Shown: piece by piece, positions 1 to 8,833 of the stretch | Layout: every line of letters starts with the position of its first letter | How positions within the stretch are numbered: the stretch's first letter is position 1 | DNA from: Cellvibrionales bacterium UBA1969 | Lineage (GTDB): Bacteria > Pseudomonadota > Gammaproteobacteria > Pseudomonadales > UBA7434 | DNA: 64,000 nt | Direction: 5' to 3' | Assembly: GCA_002339085.1 (NCBI GenBank) | Contig: DDDX01000060.1 | Span: 26,525 to 90,524 of the forward strand | Notes under the pieces: model-generated | Told to the model about the DNA's origin: nothing | What the model saw: only the letters and a program-made list of their open reading frames with translations | Databases searched by the model: none | Program-made: the position numbers and the translations under genes

Positions 1-753
1 GTCCACCTCTACTTCACAGCGAGCGCGAACATAGATGCGGCCTCGACCGGTTCGATAAGCTTGAACAATGCCAGCACGTCCATTAATAATGCCTGCGGTC
101 GGAAAGTCTGGTCCTGGTAAATACTCCATCAAGCCATCGACATCTAAGCTAGGGTCGTCAATTAACGCCAATGTTGCTTTCACAACCTCAACAATATTAT
201 GTGGCGGTATATTCGTAGCCATACCCACGGCGATGCCCGAAGAACCATTAACCAATAAATTTGGCACACGGGTCGGCATCACCTCTGGAATCATTTCTGT
301 GCCATCATAGTTGGGCACATAATCAACCGTATCTTTGTCGAGATCAGCCAGCAACTCATGAGCAATTTTTGCCATGCGGATTTCGGTGTATCGCATTGCC
401 GCTGGGGAATCACCATCAATCGAACCGAAGTTTCCTTGGCCATCCACCAACATATAGCGCAAAGAGAAAGGCTGAGCCATTCTAACAATGGTATCGTAAA
501 CCGCAGAATCACCGTGTGGATGGTATTTACCAATCACGTCACCAACCACTCGAGCAGACTTCTTATAGCCCTTATTCCAGTCATTATTCAGCTCATTCAT
601 GGCGTGCAATACCCGCCGATGAACAGGCTTTAAACCATCACGAACATCGGGCAACGCACGGCCAACAATGACACTCATGGCATAGTCAAGATAAGACTGC
701 TTGAGTTCTTCTTCAATATTAACGGGTAGAATTTCTTTGGCTATCTCACCCAT
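1..753 (-). CDS. gyrA: DNA gyrase subunit A, N-terminal 251 codons (gene runs off the left edge)
   Basis: Not in the ORF track because it is edge-truncated. Reverse translation from ATG 753-751 gives [49 protein letters not shown]...[53 protein letters not shown]. This is nearly identical to the E. coli GyrA N-terminus, including the active-site Tyr context AAMRYTE. Confidence 0.95.
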   Translation of the reverse strand, partial: MGEIAKEILPVNIEEELKQSYLDYAMSVIVGRALPDVRDGLKPVHRRVLHAMNELNNDWNKGYKKSARVVGDVIGKYHPHGDSAVYDTIVRMAQPFSLRYMLVDGQGNFGSIDGDSPAAMRYTEIRMAKIAHELLADLDKDTVDYVPNYDGTEMIPEVMPTRVPNLLVNGSSGIAVGMATNIPPHNIVEVVKATLALIDDPSLDVDGLMEYLPGPDFPTAGIINGRAGIVQAYRTGRGRIYVRARCEVEVD

Positions 754-1148
754 AAACGACGTATCCCCTTGCTTGCGATCTAAAAAATAATGGCAAATAA
801 ACTACTGATTCAGGCAGTACAAAAAAACAGATAAAATAACTGTTAAGCACCCATTTACAAGCTATTAATGATACCACAGGCGGACCATTCATTGGCATTT
901 CTGGTCACTAAAAAACTGACTTTCGATGGTACTTTGCCAGCTATCATTTATCGTTTTTAGCCAACATAAAACCGCTGTTTTTTTCACGACGAAATACGCT
1001 TATTTTTTACTCTTTTTATCTGCTGGATGCCCGCCTGAGGGTCACAACAAGAGCTGAATTTTTAAAAACACCTTAGCGTTCACCTAAAGTGCTCGCAATA
1101 ACGTATAATTGACTATTAACCAGCGTTTTCTATCGAATAGCCAAACAC

Positions 1149-2477
1149 ATGACTTCAGTCGAAATTGAAATTATTAGCGCTCGGTGGGTTTTACCCATCG
1201 ATCAAAACCAACCGCTCGCTAACAAGATCACGGTGCTCGAAAATCACGCCATCGTTGTCGAAGAGCGTTGCATTATTGCCATTGGACCATCAGATGAACT
1301 TCTCGCCCGCTATCCTGATGCCTCACACACAGCGCTGAATCACCATATTTTAATGCCGGGCTTAGTCAATGCCCACAACCTCACCGCCATGAGCCTACTG
1401 AAAGGGTTGACAAACCCCCAGCCACTGCCGAAATGGCTTAACGACATTTGGACAATCGAGCGCCAATGGCTGTCTGAATCATTTGCGCGTGACGGTGTTG
1501 CACTGGGTATTGCCGAAATGCTACTCAGCGGCACCACTTGTTTTAGTGACAGCTATCTATTCCCCAATGCCAGCGCCAGCATCACAGAGTCATTAGGTAT
1601 GCGGGCTCAAATTCATTTTCCTATTAGTGAGCAAGCCTCCAACTGGGCACAAAATAGCGAGGAATATTTTGAAAAAGGCCTAGAAATTGCTGATGAATAC
1701 CGACAAAGTGCGCTTATCACTACGGGATTTGGGCCCTACTCCGCTAACCGTGTCAGCAATAAGAGTTTTGAGCGTATCGCCATGTTGGCCGAAGAGATCG
1801 ACCGACCGATCCACCTTTATATGCATCAACATGAGGCTGAAATCAACGACTCTATCGATAAGTATGGCCTTCAGCCTATTCAGCGCTTGTCTGAACTAGG
1901 GGTATTATCGCCTCGCACCCAAGTGATTCAAGCCGGCCTGCTAGACACCAACAGTGAGCAGCTGTTGGTTGAATCTGGCGCCAGCGTGATTCACTGCCCA
2001 GGCGCCAGCCTAAACCTTCAAACTGCGTACAGCCCAAGCACCAAACTGCTTAAACAAGGCGTTAACATGGGCCTAGGCACCGATAGCGCCGCCTGCGGCA
2101 ACACGCTGAATCTTTTTAGTCAGCTGAACCTAGCGGTTATGCTAAGCGCTGAAGCCGATATACAAAAACCGCTATCCTGTGCCGCAGCGCTAAGAATGGC
2201 AACCCTTGGCGGCGCGGAAACACTAGGGTTAGACAGTGAAATTGGCAGTCTCAGCGTTGGCAAACAGGCCGATATTATTGCTATCGACACCCAAACGCCT
2301 AGCCTTCAGCCGCTTCAGTCAATCACTAGGCAACTGGTTAATGCCGGAGCTGACGCGCCTGTCAGCCATGTCTGGGTAGCGGGACAACGTAAAGTCAGTG
2401 ATGGTCAGTTAGTTGATATTGATCTAAATGCTGTGCTGGCAAAAAGTGATTGGTGGAAGAAACAACTAGCATCTTAA
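1149..2477 (+). CDS. mtaD: Amidohydrolase-superfamily deaminase, MtaD-like (5-methylthioadenosine/S-adenosylhomocysteine deaminase family)
   Basis: 442-aa ORF. Family motifs present: LMPGLVNAH..., HLYMHQHEAE, VIHCPGASL, GTDSAA. It lies between gyrA and ubiG, as mtaD does in Pseudomonas. The first-strand HxH motif reads H-N-L (see findings). Confidence 0.75.
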   Translation: MTSVEIEIISARWVLPIDQNQPLANKITVLENHAIVVEERCIIAIGPSDELLARYPDASHTALNHHILMPGLVNAHNLTAMSLLKGLTNPQPLPKWLNDIWTIERQWLSESFARDGVALGIAEMLLSGTTCFSDSYLFPNASASITESLGMRAQIHFPISEQASNWAQNSEEYFEKGLEIADEYRQSALITTGFGPYSANRVSNKSFERIAMLAEEIDRPIHLYMHQHEAEINDSIDKYGLQPIQRLSELGVLSPRTQVIQAGLLDTNSEQLLVESGASVIHCPGASLNLQTAYSPSTKLLKQGVNMGLGTDSAACGNTLNLFSQLNLAVMLSAEADIQKPLSCAAALRMATLGGAETLGLDSEIGSLSVGKQADIIAIDTQTPSLQPLQSITRQLVNAGADAPVSHVWVAGQRKVSDGQLVDIDLNAVLAKSDWWKKQLAS

Positions 2478-2490
2478 TGAGTAGTCAAGT

Positions 2491-3231
2491 ATGAAACAAA
2501 GCAATACCGAAGCGCCCAATACACAGACCAATGTCGACCGCGATGAAATCGCAAAATTTGAGGCGCTGGCCCATCGTTGGTGGGACACCGAAAGTGAATT
2601 CAAACCGCTGCACGCGATTAATCCTTTAAGAGCAAACTTCATTGACCGGCTCTCACCCGTAGCTGAAAAGAAAGTGATTGATATCGGTTGCGGCGGAGGG
2701 ATTCTGTCAGAGGCACTGACCCAGCGCGGCGCCCAAGTCACCGGCATCGACATGGGAGAAGCACCGTTAGCTGTGGCCGAGTTACACGCCTTGGATAATC
2801 AGCTTACGATAGAATATAAAAGAATTACCGCAGAACAGATCGCGCTTGAAAGACCCGAGCAATACGATATCGTCACCTGCCTTGAAATGCTTGAACATGT
2901 GCCAGACCCTGCCGCCATCGTGAATGCCTGTGCAAACCTTTGCAAACCCGGTGGGCATCTTTATTTCGCCACCATTAACCGCAACCCTAAAAGCTATTTA
3001 TTTGCGATTGTTGGCGCAGAACACATATTGCGCCTATTACCTAAGGGTACTCATGATTATGAAAAGCTGATCAAACCCTCAGAACTACATCACTGGATTA
3101 GGGCCAGTGGACTAAGTTTAAAAGACTCAACCGGCATGACCTACAACCCGCTGACAAAGCAATACAACTTAAAATCGAATAATCTGGATGTTAATTATTT
3201 ATTGCATGCCATTAAAACGGCATCCCAATAA
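2491..3231 (+). CDS. ubiG: Bifunctional 3-demethylubiquinol 3-O-methyltransferase / 2-polyprenyl-6-hydroxyphenol methylase
   Basis: 246 aa. The N-terminal EIAKFEALAHRWWD...FKPLHAINPLR signature is typical of UbiG. SAM-binding motif VIDIGCGGGILSE is present. Confidence 0.92.
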   Translation: MKQSNTEAPNTQTNVDRDEIAKFEALAHRWWDTESEFKPLHAINPLRANFIDRLSPVAEKKVIDIGCGGGILSEALTQRGAQVTGIDMGEAPLAVAELHALDNQLTIEYKRITAEQIALERPEQYDIVTCLEMLEHVPDPAAIVNACANLCKPGGHLYFATINRNPKSYLFAIVGAEHILRLLPKGTHDYEKLIKPSELHHWIRASGLSLKDSTGMTYNPLTKQYNLKSNNLDVNYLLHAIKTASQ

Positions 3232-3251
3232 CCCTGTTTAGAAAAAATGCT

Positions 3252-3923
3252 ATGAACAATGCTGTACTATTTGATTTGGATGGCACTTTATTGGATACCG
3301 CTCCAGATTTTATTATCGCGGTCAATCAGCTAAGGAGCGATCACGGCCTAGAAAATCTCAGCGATGAAACTATTACTGTGCAAGTCTCTAACGGATCAGC
3401 TGCACTGACTCAATTAGCACTCAATATCACGCCAGAAGAGCCAAGCTTCGCATCAGCAAGGCAGCAATTGCTCGATTATTATCTAGCTTGCATCGGTACT
3501 CGTTCAAGATTATTTTCCGGTTATAAATCGCTTCTCAGCGCGTTAAAAGATGCCGGTATAGCTTGGGGTATCGTGACCAACAAACCATTACTTTACAGCC
3601 AAGCCCTACTTGAAAAACTTCAATTAGCTAACGACTGTAATGTGTTAATCTGCCCCGATCATGTCGAAAAGCCCAAACCTGACCCTGCAGGATTATTACT
3701 GGCAGCAAAAAAACTGCAATGCGCAAGCGATAATATTATTTATGTCGGCGACCACCAGCGTGATATTGAAGCTGGCAATAGAGCAAGCATGAAAACCATT
3801 GCTGTGGCCTTTGGCTATATCGAACCCAGCGACAATATTAATACTTGGCAAGCAGATTTTATTGCCGAGCAAACCAAGGACATCAAACCCATTGTGGAAT
3901 CGGTATTCTCATGCAAGATTTAA
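3252..3923 (+). CDS. HAD-IA phosphatase (phosphoglycolate phosphatase Gph / MurNAc-6-phosphate phosphatase MupP-like)
   Basis: 223 aa. HAD motif I is FDLDGTLLDT and motif IV is YVGDHQRDIEAG. Its position after ubiG and before yciK matches the Pseudomonas ubiG-mupP-SDR arrangement. Confidence 0.85.
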   Translation: MNNAVLFDLDGTLLDTAPDFIIAVNQLRSDHGLENLSDETITVQVSNGSAALTQLALNITPEEPSFASARQQLLDYYLACIGTRSRLFSGYKSLLSALKDAGIAWGIVTNKPLLYSQALLEKLQLANDCNVLICPDHVEKPKPDPAGLLLAAKKLQCASDNIIYVGDHQRDIEAGNRASMKTIAVAFGYIEPSDNINTWQADFIAEQTKDIKPIVESVFSCKI

Positions 3924-4675
3924 GCAATATTAACGACTATCAAGCCAGCAGTACGCTTTTAGCGGGCAAAAATATTGTCGTCACCGGCGCAGGTGATGGC
4001 ATTGGCAAAGCAGCGGCGCTTAGCTTTGCTGCGCATGGCGCAACGGTTATATTAGTTGGCAAAACCATCGAAAAATTAGCCTTAGTTTACGATGAAATTG
4101 AAGCTGCGGGGCACCCACAACCGGTACTGGTCGAATTGGACTTAGCAGAAGCCAGTCATAGAGACTTCGCCGCGTTAAATAACGAGATTATCGACCAACT
4201 GGGCAGCTTACATGGCCTGTTACACAATGCCGGGATACTGGGTGAGATGAAACCCTTATCACAATACGACGCAGAGACCTTTGACCAAGTCATTAAAGTT
4301 AACTTAAGCAGCAACTTTAACCTAACAAATGCCCTGATGCCGGCACTCAATCTTGCCGACCATGCCTCTGTGATATTTACTTCATCGGGCGTTGGCCGAA
4401 AAAGTCGTGCTTACTGGGGTGCCTACGCGGTCTCAAAATTTGGCATAGAAGGCTTAATGCAAACCTGGGCCGATGAATTAGCTGATACGAGCAATATCAG
4501 AGTTAACTCGCTAAATCCAGGTGCCACACAAACTCAAATGCGCAAACAGGCCTATCCTGGAGAAGCCTTAAACAGCAACCCTGAACCATCAGCGATCATG
4601 AATGCTTATTTATATCTCATTGGCTCCGACAGCATTGGTGTCAATGGTCAAGCCTTAAATGCACAAAGTAAATAA
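3911..4675 (+). CDS. yciK: YciK-family short-chain dehydrogenase/reductase
   Basis: Aligns along its length with E. coli YciK: IVVTGAGDGIGKAAA, LHNAGILGE, FTSSGVGR, WGAYAVSKF..EG, NPGAT.T.MR. I chose ATG 3911 (MQDLSNI...), which overlaps the upstream gene by 13 nt. The track start at 3845 would overlap by 79 nt. Confidence 0.88.
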   Translation: MQDLSNINDYQASSTLLAGKNIVVTGAGDGIGKAAALSFAAHGATVILVGKTIEKLALVYDEIEAAGHPQPVLVELDLAEASHRDFAALNNEIIDQLGSLHGLLHNAGILGEMKPLSQYDAETFDQVIKVNLSSNFNLTNALMPALNLADHASVIFTSSGVGRKSRAYWGAYAVSKFGIEGLMQTWADELADTSNIRVNSLNPGATQTQMRKQAYPGEALNSNPEPSAIMNAYLYLIGSDSIGVNGQALNAQSK

Positions 4676-4703
4676 CCAAGCACATGTCTATCTGTGTGAT
4701 TTT

Positions 4704-5354
4704 TTAGGTCCTTGAAGCGCTTTTCGCGAGTAACGGATCAACCCAACGAAACGTTAAATTAATTCGCGCCGTCATACTGCGTCGGCTTTTAGCAATCTGA
4801 TGTAACCAGTTTTTCTGTGTCTCACCGCGCATGATCAAGACACTGCCATGAGGCAACTCCAGCTTAAATTTCTGCTGCTTATCAGTACGATGCTTCATCT
4901 GAAATACGCGTGGCTGTCCAAAACTCACCGAGGCAATAACTGGCGTGTCACCTAACTCAACTTCATCATCCGCATGCCAGCCATTACTGTCACTACCATC
5001 GCGGTATAAGTTAGCTAGCACGCTATTAAACTCAACCGCTGCTGTAGTCTCTAGGCGGCGCCGAATAGCCATTAATTCCTGAGTCCAAGCTAGTCCCTGA
5101 TGGGTAATCCCCGAGTAGGTATAAGGTAGTTCATCATCGGCATACCAAGCCGATAAACGCGGCACCAACCGTCGCTTGCCAAATAGAGTGATCTGCTCTT
5201 GCCGCCAAGGCAACTGCTGTTCAAATTGATTCAGCAAGTTGTCAGCCTGTTTTTTGGGGAAAAAATTAGGGTAATAGCAAAGTTCACCACCCTGAAGGGA
5301 AATCGTTTGTCCGGCATTGGCCTGCGATTCAATTGAAAATAAATCTAAACTCAT
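4704..5354 (-). CDS. alkB: Fe(II)/2-oxoglutarate-dependent DNA/RNA demethylase AlkB
   Basis: 216 aa. Contains the HxD motif (WHADDE), the distal His (WLHQI) and the RINLTFR 2OG-binding motif, all characteristic of AlkB. Confidence 0.88.
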   Translation of the reverse strand: MSLDLFSIESQANAGQTISLQGGELCYYPNFFPKKQADNLLNQFEQQLPWRQEQITLFGKRRLVPRLSAWYADDELPYTYSGITHQGLAWTQELMAIRRRLETTAAVEFNSVLANLYRDGSDSNGWHADDEVELGDTPVIASVSFGQPRVFQMKHRTDKQQKFKLELPHGSVLIMRGETQKNWLHQIAKSRRSMTARINLTFRWVDPLLAKSASRT

Positions 5355-5406
5355 TAGCGCATACTAGCAAAATAATGTCGGCACGGCTAAGTCTTAGCGC
5401 AGGTCT

Positions 5407-5934
5407 TCAGACCGTATCTTCTTGTGGACGAGATCGTTTGAAATTGGGTTGAATTGCTACAACCGGTAACTGACGAATACCTTCTGTCATTTTAGTATAA
5501 TGACTGTAACCACCATCAGCATTAACTAAGGCAAACCCCTCTTTTCGAGACTCTCCGCTTAACACGGTAGCCTTAGCAAAAGACCATTGTCGATTAACGC
5601 AGATCCAACTACAGGCATGTGCTCTAATATTTAAACACCATACCGCATCTTTCGCTCTACCGCCGTGCGAGCCCACGACTAAGTATCGATTTCCGTCTTT
5701 CACATAAGGCAAGACGACTGACTTTATTTGGCCGGTTTTCCAATGAATAGTTTTTAAAATTAAATGCGGACGATCGGCGTAACCCCCTGCCCGCGTAAAC
5801 ATCCGCCCCATGAAAGATACGTTAAACCAACGCATTAACCATCGGTCGACAGCCAAACCTTTGGGGTTGGCAAGCCGTGGAATCATCGCCTGCCAAAAAC
5901 GACTGGCTGTTAATGATTTATCCTTGCTGGGCAT
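5407..5934 (-). CDS. DUF385 / deazaflavin-dependent nitroreductase-family protein (Ddn-like split beta-barrel)
   Basis: 175 aa. The core LILKTIHWKTGQIKSVVLPYVKDGNRYLVVGSHGGRAKDAVWCLNIRAH...IRQLPVVAIQP aligns with the Ddn/DUF385 pattern (TTGRKSG..R..PL.Y..DG....VV.S.GG...P.WY.NL.A.P ... IPVV.L.P). Confidence 0.75.
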   Translation of the reverse strand: MPSKDKSLTASRFWQAMIPRLANPKGLAVDRWLMRWFNVSFMGRMFTRAGGYADRPHLILKTIHWKTGQIKSVVLPYVKDGNRYLVVGSHGGRAKDAVWCLNIRAHACSWICVNRQWSFAKATVLSGESRKEGFALVNADGGYSHYTKMTEGIRQLPVVAIQPNFKRSRPQEDTV

Positions 5935-5947
5935 CGTATACTCCTTA

Positions 5948-6646
5948 TTATTTGAAGAAGTACTCGCTCATTGGCACAGAAAACATCGTATTCACGTCAC
6001 AGAAACCAGGAATTTCTGCAATCATGGCCTGCACGACTTCAGCAGAACCAAAGTAGCGACTGTCATCGGTAAAATCTTCTAACTGTTTAAAATGTTCAGC
6101 CACAATAGCACGATAGGGCGGCGCATTGGGGGTCAAAGGTCTGGCCACGGCGTCTCTCACATAAGACCATCGCAGGGGATGTAAATCAAACGATAAGCTT
6201 GAATGATCAACTTGCCAGTTATGATAAAAATCTTCATCACTGACATTAGCTGGCTTAGCGTTGGCACCAAATTGAGTGACACCTGGTCGTCTCTCGCCGC
6301 CCTCCCAGACAGGCTCAAAGGCTTGCAATACCGACTCAGTCACCAAATACCCAGTTAACGGGCCCGCTAAACTGGCTAAATAGTTTTCAATCGGCGCGCG
6401 ATGGTCGAGACAATCATGCCAAAAGGAAACCACTGCCTGCACATCTTGCCAACAACCGATCAAGCGACCCGGCGCTTCAGCTTGAAAGTCTTCATTCATA
6501 TCAGCAATATTAATGGTGATCTTAGAAGCGCCCCGTTCACGCAATTCAGCCACCGCTGTTGACAGTAATGTCTGGGCTAAATCATCCAGCGATACCTGCT
6601 CGCTAGGACCAATCATATAGACGAATTTTTCCATAACTAACCTCAC
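5948..6646 (-). CDS. Hypothetical protein, possibly EthD/Dabb-fold (two ferredoxin-like halves)
   Basis: 232-aa ORF packed 12-13 nt from both co-directional neighbours. I recognise no strong motif, so the EthD-like assignment is tentative. An alternative start is MEKFVYM at 6634. Confidence 0.6.
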   Translation of the reverse strand: MRLVMEKFVYMIGPSEQVSLDDLAQTLLSTAVAELRERGASKITINIADMNEDFQAEAPGRLIGCWQDVQAVVSFWHDCLDHRAPIENYLASLAGPLTGYLVTESVLQAFEPVWEGGERRPGVTQFGANAKPANVSDEDFYHNWQVDHSSLSFDLHPLRWSYVRDAVARPLTPNAPPYRAIVAEHFKQLEDFTDDSRYFGSAEVVQAMIAEIPGFCDVNTMFSVPMSEYFFK

Positions 6647-6658
6647 TAAGTGGTGGTT

Positions 6659-8812
6659 TTATACCGCGCTAACATCGACAATTACGCCGTTCATATGCGA
6701 CATACCCGAGAGTGGCTCGATCGATTCTGGCCCATCGGGAATAATAATATTCACATTCACACCTTGTGTCTGTTGAGCAACGGTTAAACCCGCTGCATCT
6801 TGATGCCCCCAACCATGTGGAACAGCAACCGAGCCAAGTTTCATATCATCATCAATTTTAACCGGTAACATAATGCTTTTTTCAGCCCGGCTGACTTTAG
6901 CGATTTTGCCATCTGCCAAGCCTCGACTAATAGCGTCATCTGAGTGGATGTATAAATAATTAGTATGTCTATCACCGGCAATAAATGCTTTAACATTATG
7001 AGCCCAGCTGTTGTGCGTAAATCGCTCGCGTTTTTGAATTAACTTCAGCGCGCTTTTATGCTTAATTTCTTGCGCATAGACTTGCTCTAAACTTTTGGCT
7101 CTCGCCACTAAATCAGCGGGCGCCAATTCAACTTTACCTGATGGTGTATTCACCCGTTGACCTAAGTAATCGCCGGGCTTATTCGGCGATAATTTTCGAC
7201 CGTTAGGAAATTTTCGCATAGCCTGAATACTGCCTAAATTCGCCGACCGAATCATGCCTCCCAAGAAAATTTTATCTAACCCGGTAAGCTTACCAATCAC
7301 CGGTATCTTAGCTAGCAACTCTGCCGCATTACTGAGCCATTGAAAAGTTTTAGACCCTGACAAAGGCCGACCTGCAGAGCGACACAACTGCCGAAAAATC
7401 AAGCCCTCATCACGCGCCTGTGCAGGCGGCAATATGACTTGGTCGGTATAATCAAAACTTCGGTTAGGCATTAAGCCCATCATAGTAAAAAAATAAAACG
7501 GTACGTCAGCGCGTTCTAATGAGTGCAAGCCTGGTAAAATATAGTCGGCATACTCTGCAGTTTCATTGCGAACAATATCAATGCAAACAAATAAATCCAG
7601 CGCTGAAAAAGCCTCTGCTAAGCGTTCACTGCCACCACAACTTAGCAACGGATTACCCGACATATTAAACATCGCGCGAACCTTTCCCTTGCCAGGCGTT
7701 AAAATTTCATCTGCCATAATACCCGCTGGGATAGTGCTATTCACATAAGGTATATTATCGATTCGTGAACGCCGAAGAACAGAGGGTGAATTAAATTTAG
7801 GAAATACACCCCGACCCGCCAATACCCCGCCTCGTTTATCGAGATTACCTGTAATAGCGTTTATCGCCTCTTGCAACCAATAAACCAGCAAACCATGACG
7901 ACTTTGATTCACACCGGTTGAAGAGTAGATTGCTGCACCATCTGCCGCAAGGTAGCAATCGACTATGGCCCTTAGCTGATCTACCGACACTTGCGTCACC
8001 TCGGCAACACGTTCTGGCGTCCATGGCTTTGACACCTCTTTTAGTGTTGCGTATCCCTCCATAAAATCCCCTACCTGCTGCTGCTTCACGGCACCACGGA
8101 CAATCACCTCATGCAAAAAACCAAGCATAAAAAAAACATCGGTATCCGGTCTTATCGCGACATGCTCACCAAAGCGTTTGGCAGACTCAGTAAAACGCGG
8201 ATTCAACCAATAGACTTTGCCGCCGCGTTGCTCTATCGCGGCCAATTTTTCCATCGGTTTGGGCAGTGAAATAAAACTCATTTTTGATATTAATGGATTA
8301 CTGCCAACAGCGATTAAGCACTGGGTATGTTCAATGTCAGGAAAGACCTGATCATTTGCACTGCCAAATAAACGTTCACCCCCAGCAAATTTATTAGCGC
8401 AGTCTTGAGTGCCAGGAGTGAATAATTTATCTGCATCAAAAGCTTTTAAAAAGAACGTCATAACCGTCGATGGCCAAAGATTAAAGCCGATAGGGTTACC
8501 CATATAAGCCGCAATAGATTGACCACCATGCTCAGCATGAATCAACTTTAAGCGATGCCCAATTTCCGCTAGCGCCTGTGACCACGTAATCGGCTCAAAC
8601 TTTCCATCGACTTTTTTGAGCGGCTGGGTTAATCGATCAGGGCTATGCACAAAATCACCCATTTTCAAACCTTTGATACAAGCGTAACCCTCGCTGCTGA
8701 TATGCTCGATATTGGGTTGGATGTCCAATACGCGATCGTGCTCGGTCTGAACCACTAGGCCACATTGCGCCTCACAGATACGGCAAAAGGTTTTTTGCTG
8801 CTTAATCGCCAT
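6659..8812 (-). CDS. Molybdopterin (MopB-family) oxidoreductase, cytoplasmic type
   Basis: 717 aa. The N-terminal 4Fe-4S motif is CRICEAQCG-x27-C (CxxCxxxC...C). The size and C-terminal barrel region (VPHGWGH) fit the BisC/formate-dehydrogenase-like molybdopterin enzymes. There is no twin-arginine leader and no in-frame TGA. Confidence 0.85.
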   Translation of the reverse strand: MAIKQQKTFCRICEAQCGLVVQTEHDRVLDIQPNIEHISSEGYACIKGLKMGDFVHSPDRLTQPLKKVDGKFEPITWSQALAEIGHRLKLIHAEHGGQSIAAYMGNPIGFNLWPSTVMTFFLKAFDADKLFTPGTQDCANKFAGGERLFGSANDQVFPDIEHTQCLIAVGSNPLISKMSFISLPKPMEKLAAIEQRGGKVYWLNPRFTESAKRFGEHVAIRPDTDVFFMLGFLHEVIVRGAVKQQQVGDFMEGYATLKEVSKPWTPERVAEVTQVSVDQLRAIVDCYLAADGAAIYSSTGVNQSRHGLLVYWLQEAINAITGNLDKRGGVLAGRGVFPKFNSPSVLRRSRIDNIPYVNSTIPAGIMADEILTPGKGKVRAMFNMSGNPLLSCGGSERLAEAFSALDLFVCIDIVRNETAEYADYILPGLHSLERADVPFYFFTMMGLMPNRSFDYTDQVILPPAQARDEGLIFRQLCRSAGRPLSGSKTFQWLSNAAELLAKIPVIGKLTGLDKIFLGGMIRSANLGSIQAMRKFPNGRKLSPNKPGDYLGQRVNTPSGKVELAPADLVARAKSLEQVYAQEIKHKSALKLIQKRERFTHNSWAHNVKAFIAGDRHTNYLYIHSDDAISRGLADGKIAKVSRAEKSIMLPVKIDDDMKLGSVAVPHGWGHQDAAGLTVAQQTQGVNVNIIIPDGPESIEPLSGMSHMNGVIVDVSAV

Positions 8813-8833
8813 ATTATTATCTCGATCGATAAA

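Noticed and set aside
68-633. Four ORFs of 74-91 aa in the track (68-310, 261-485, 291-533, 358-633)
   Set aside because: All lie inside the gyrA coding region, whose minus-strand translation is near-identical to E. coli GyrA. They are shadow or alternate-frame ORFs.
6659-8812. Possible selenocysteine or Tat-exported molybdoenzyme
   Set aside because: The ORF is uninterrupted, with no in-frame TGA. The N-terminus (MAIKQQKTFCRICE...) has no twin-arginine motif, so a cytoplasmic Cys/Ser-type enzyme is the simpler reading.
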